The position numbers and the translations under genes were made by a program. 64,000 nucleotides of DNA from Azolla caroliniana (Eukaryota > Plantae > Polypodiophyta): positions 22,630,001-22,694,000 of the forward strand of contig JBHGNT010000006.1 of NCBI GenBank assembly GCA_043228905.1, read 5' to 3'. The notes under the pieces were generated by a model. That model was not told the DNA's origin and ran no database searches. It saw only the letters and a program-made list of their open reading frames with translations. Numbering within the stretch: position 1 is the stretch's first letter; each line of letters starts with the position of its first letter. Positions 63,501-64,000 of this stretch are shown here, one piece after another.

Positions 63501-64000
63501 CAAAAGATCTTTTTTCTCAGTATTTTGTGATAACCATCAATGAAGAGTTCATACATTTGTCAAAGAAGTGGGCGATGAGGGGCGCAACCCCTCAATGGGG
63601 ATGGGAAGAAGGAGAGACTAAGAGGGAGAGAGAGAATAACAAATTGGAACTTCTTGACCAATGATTGATTTTTTTATGATACAATATCAAGCCCAAATCC
63701 CATGAGTTCATTTTACGGAGCCCTCCACGCATAAACACATTTGCACATACACCCCTCAAACGACAACGCCTTGTTGCGCTTGTGGGATACCTTCAATGTG
63801 GTGAATGAAACCACAGAATCTAGGTTATATAATTTGAATACAACTCATTTTGGCAATTTTGTGATAGAGTCTTGCATGTTTTATGCCATTGCATTAGAGC
63901 TTACCACATTTTCTTCACAATGTTTACTTATTAAGCTTACTTGCTCACATCTTGCCACTTTCTACAACTTCACACGTAGTCCTTGATCAAGGGATGAAGT

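Overview
Eukaryotic, AT-rich, transposon-dense plant nuclear DNA. A non-seed plant such as a moss is inferred from the retrotransposon types, not proven. Only one intact host gene is supported: a 10-coding-exon ASI1/IBM2/SG1-like BAH+RRM gene on the + strand (10465-25035, ~535 aa as spliced by hand). Its 8,988-bp fourth coding intron falls between the BAH-containing N-terminal half and the RRM. That intron holds antisense LINE and Gypsy remnants plus two hAT-type MITEs, and an in-frame stop sits right after its weak donor. This suggests an autoregulatory 'heterochromatin-sensor' intron in the factor that controls read-through of heterochromatic introns. The rest of the window is a nested TE landscape: a full-length decayed chromovirus (1026-6605) with a Tf1-like self-priming signature, several Copia elements (nested, internally deleted, non-autonomous, solo LTR), L1- and RTE-like LINE fragments, MITEs, a small plastid-derived rps12 fragment, tandem repeats and microsatellites. 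Most short ORFs in the supplied track are spurious or are TE fragments.
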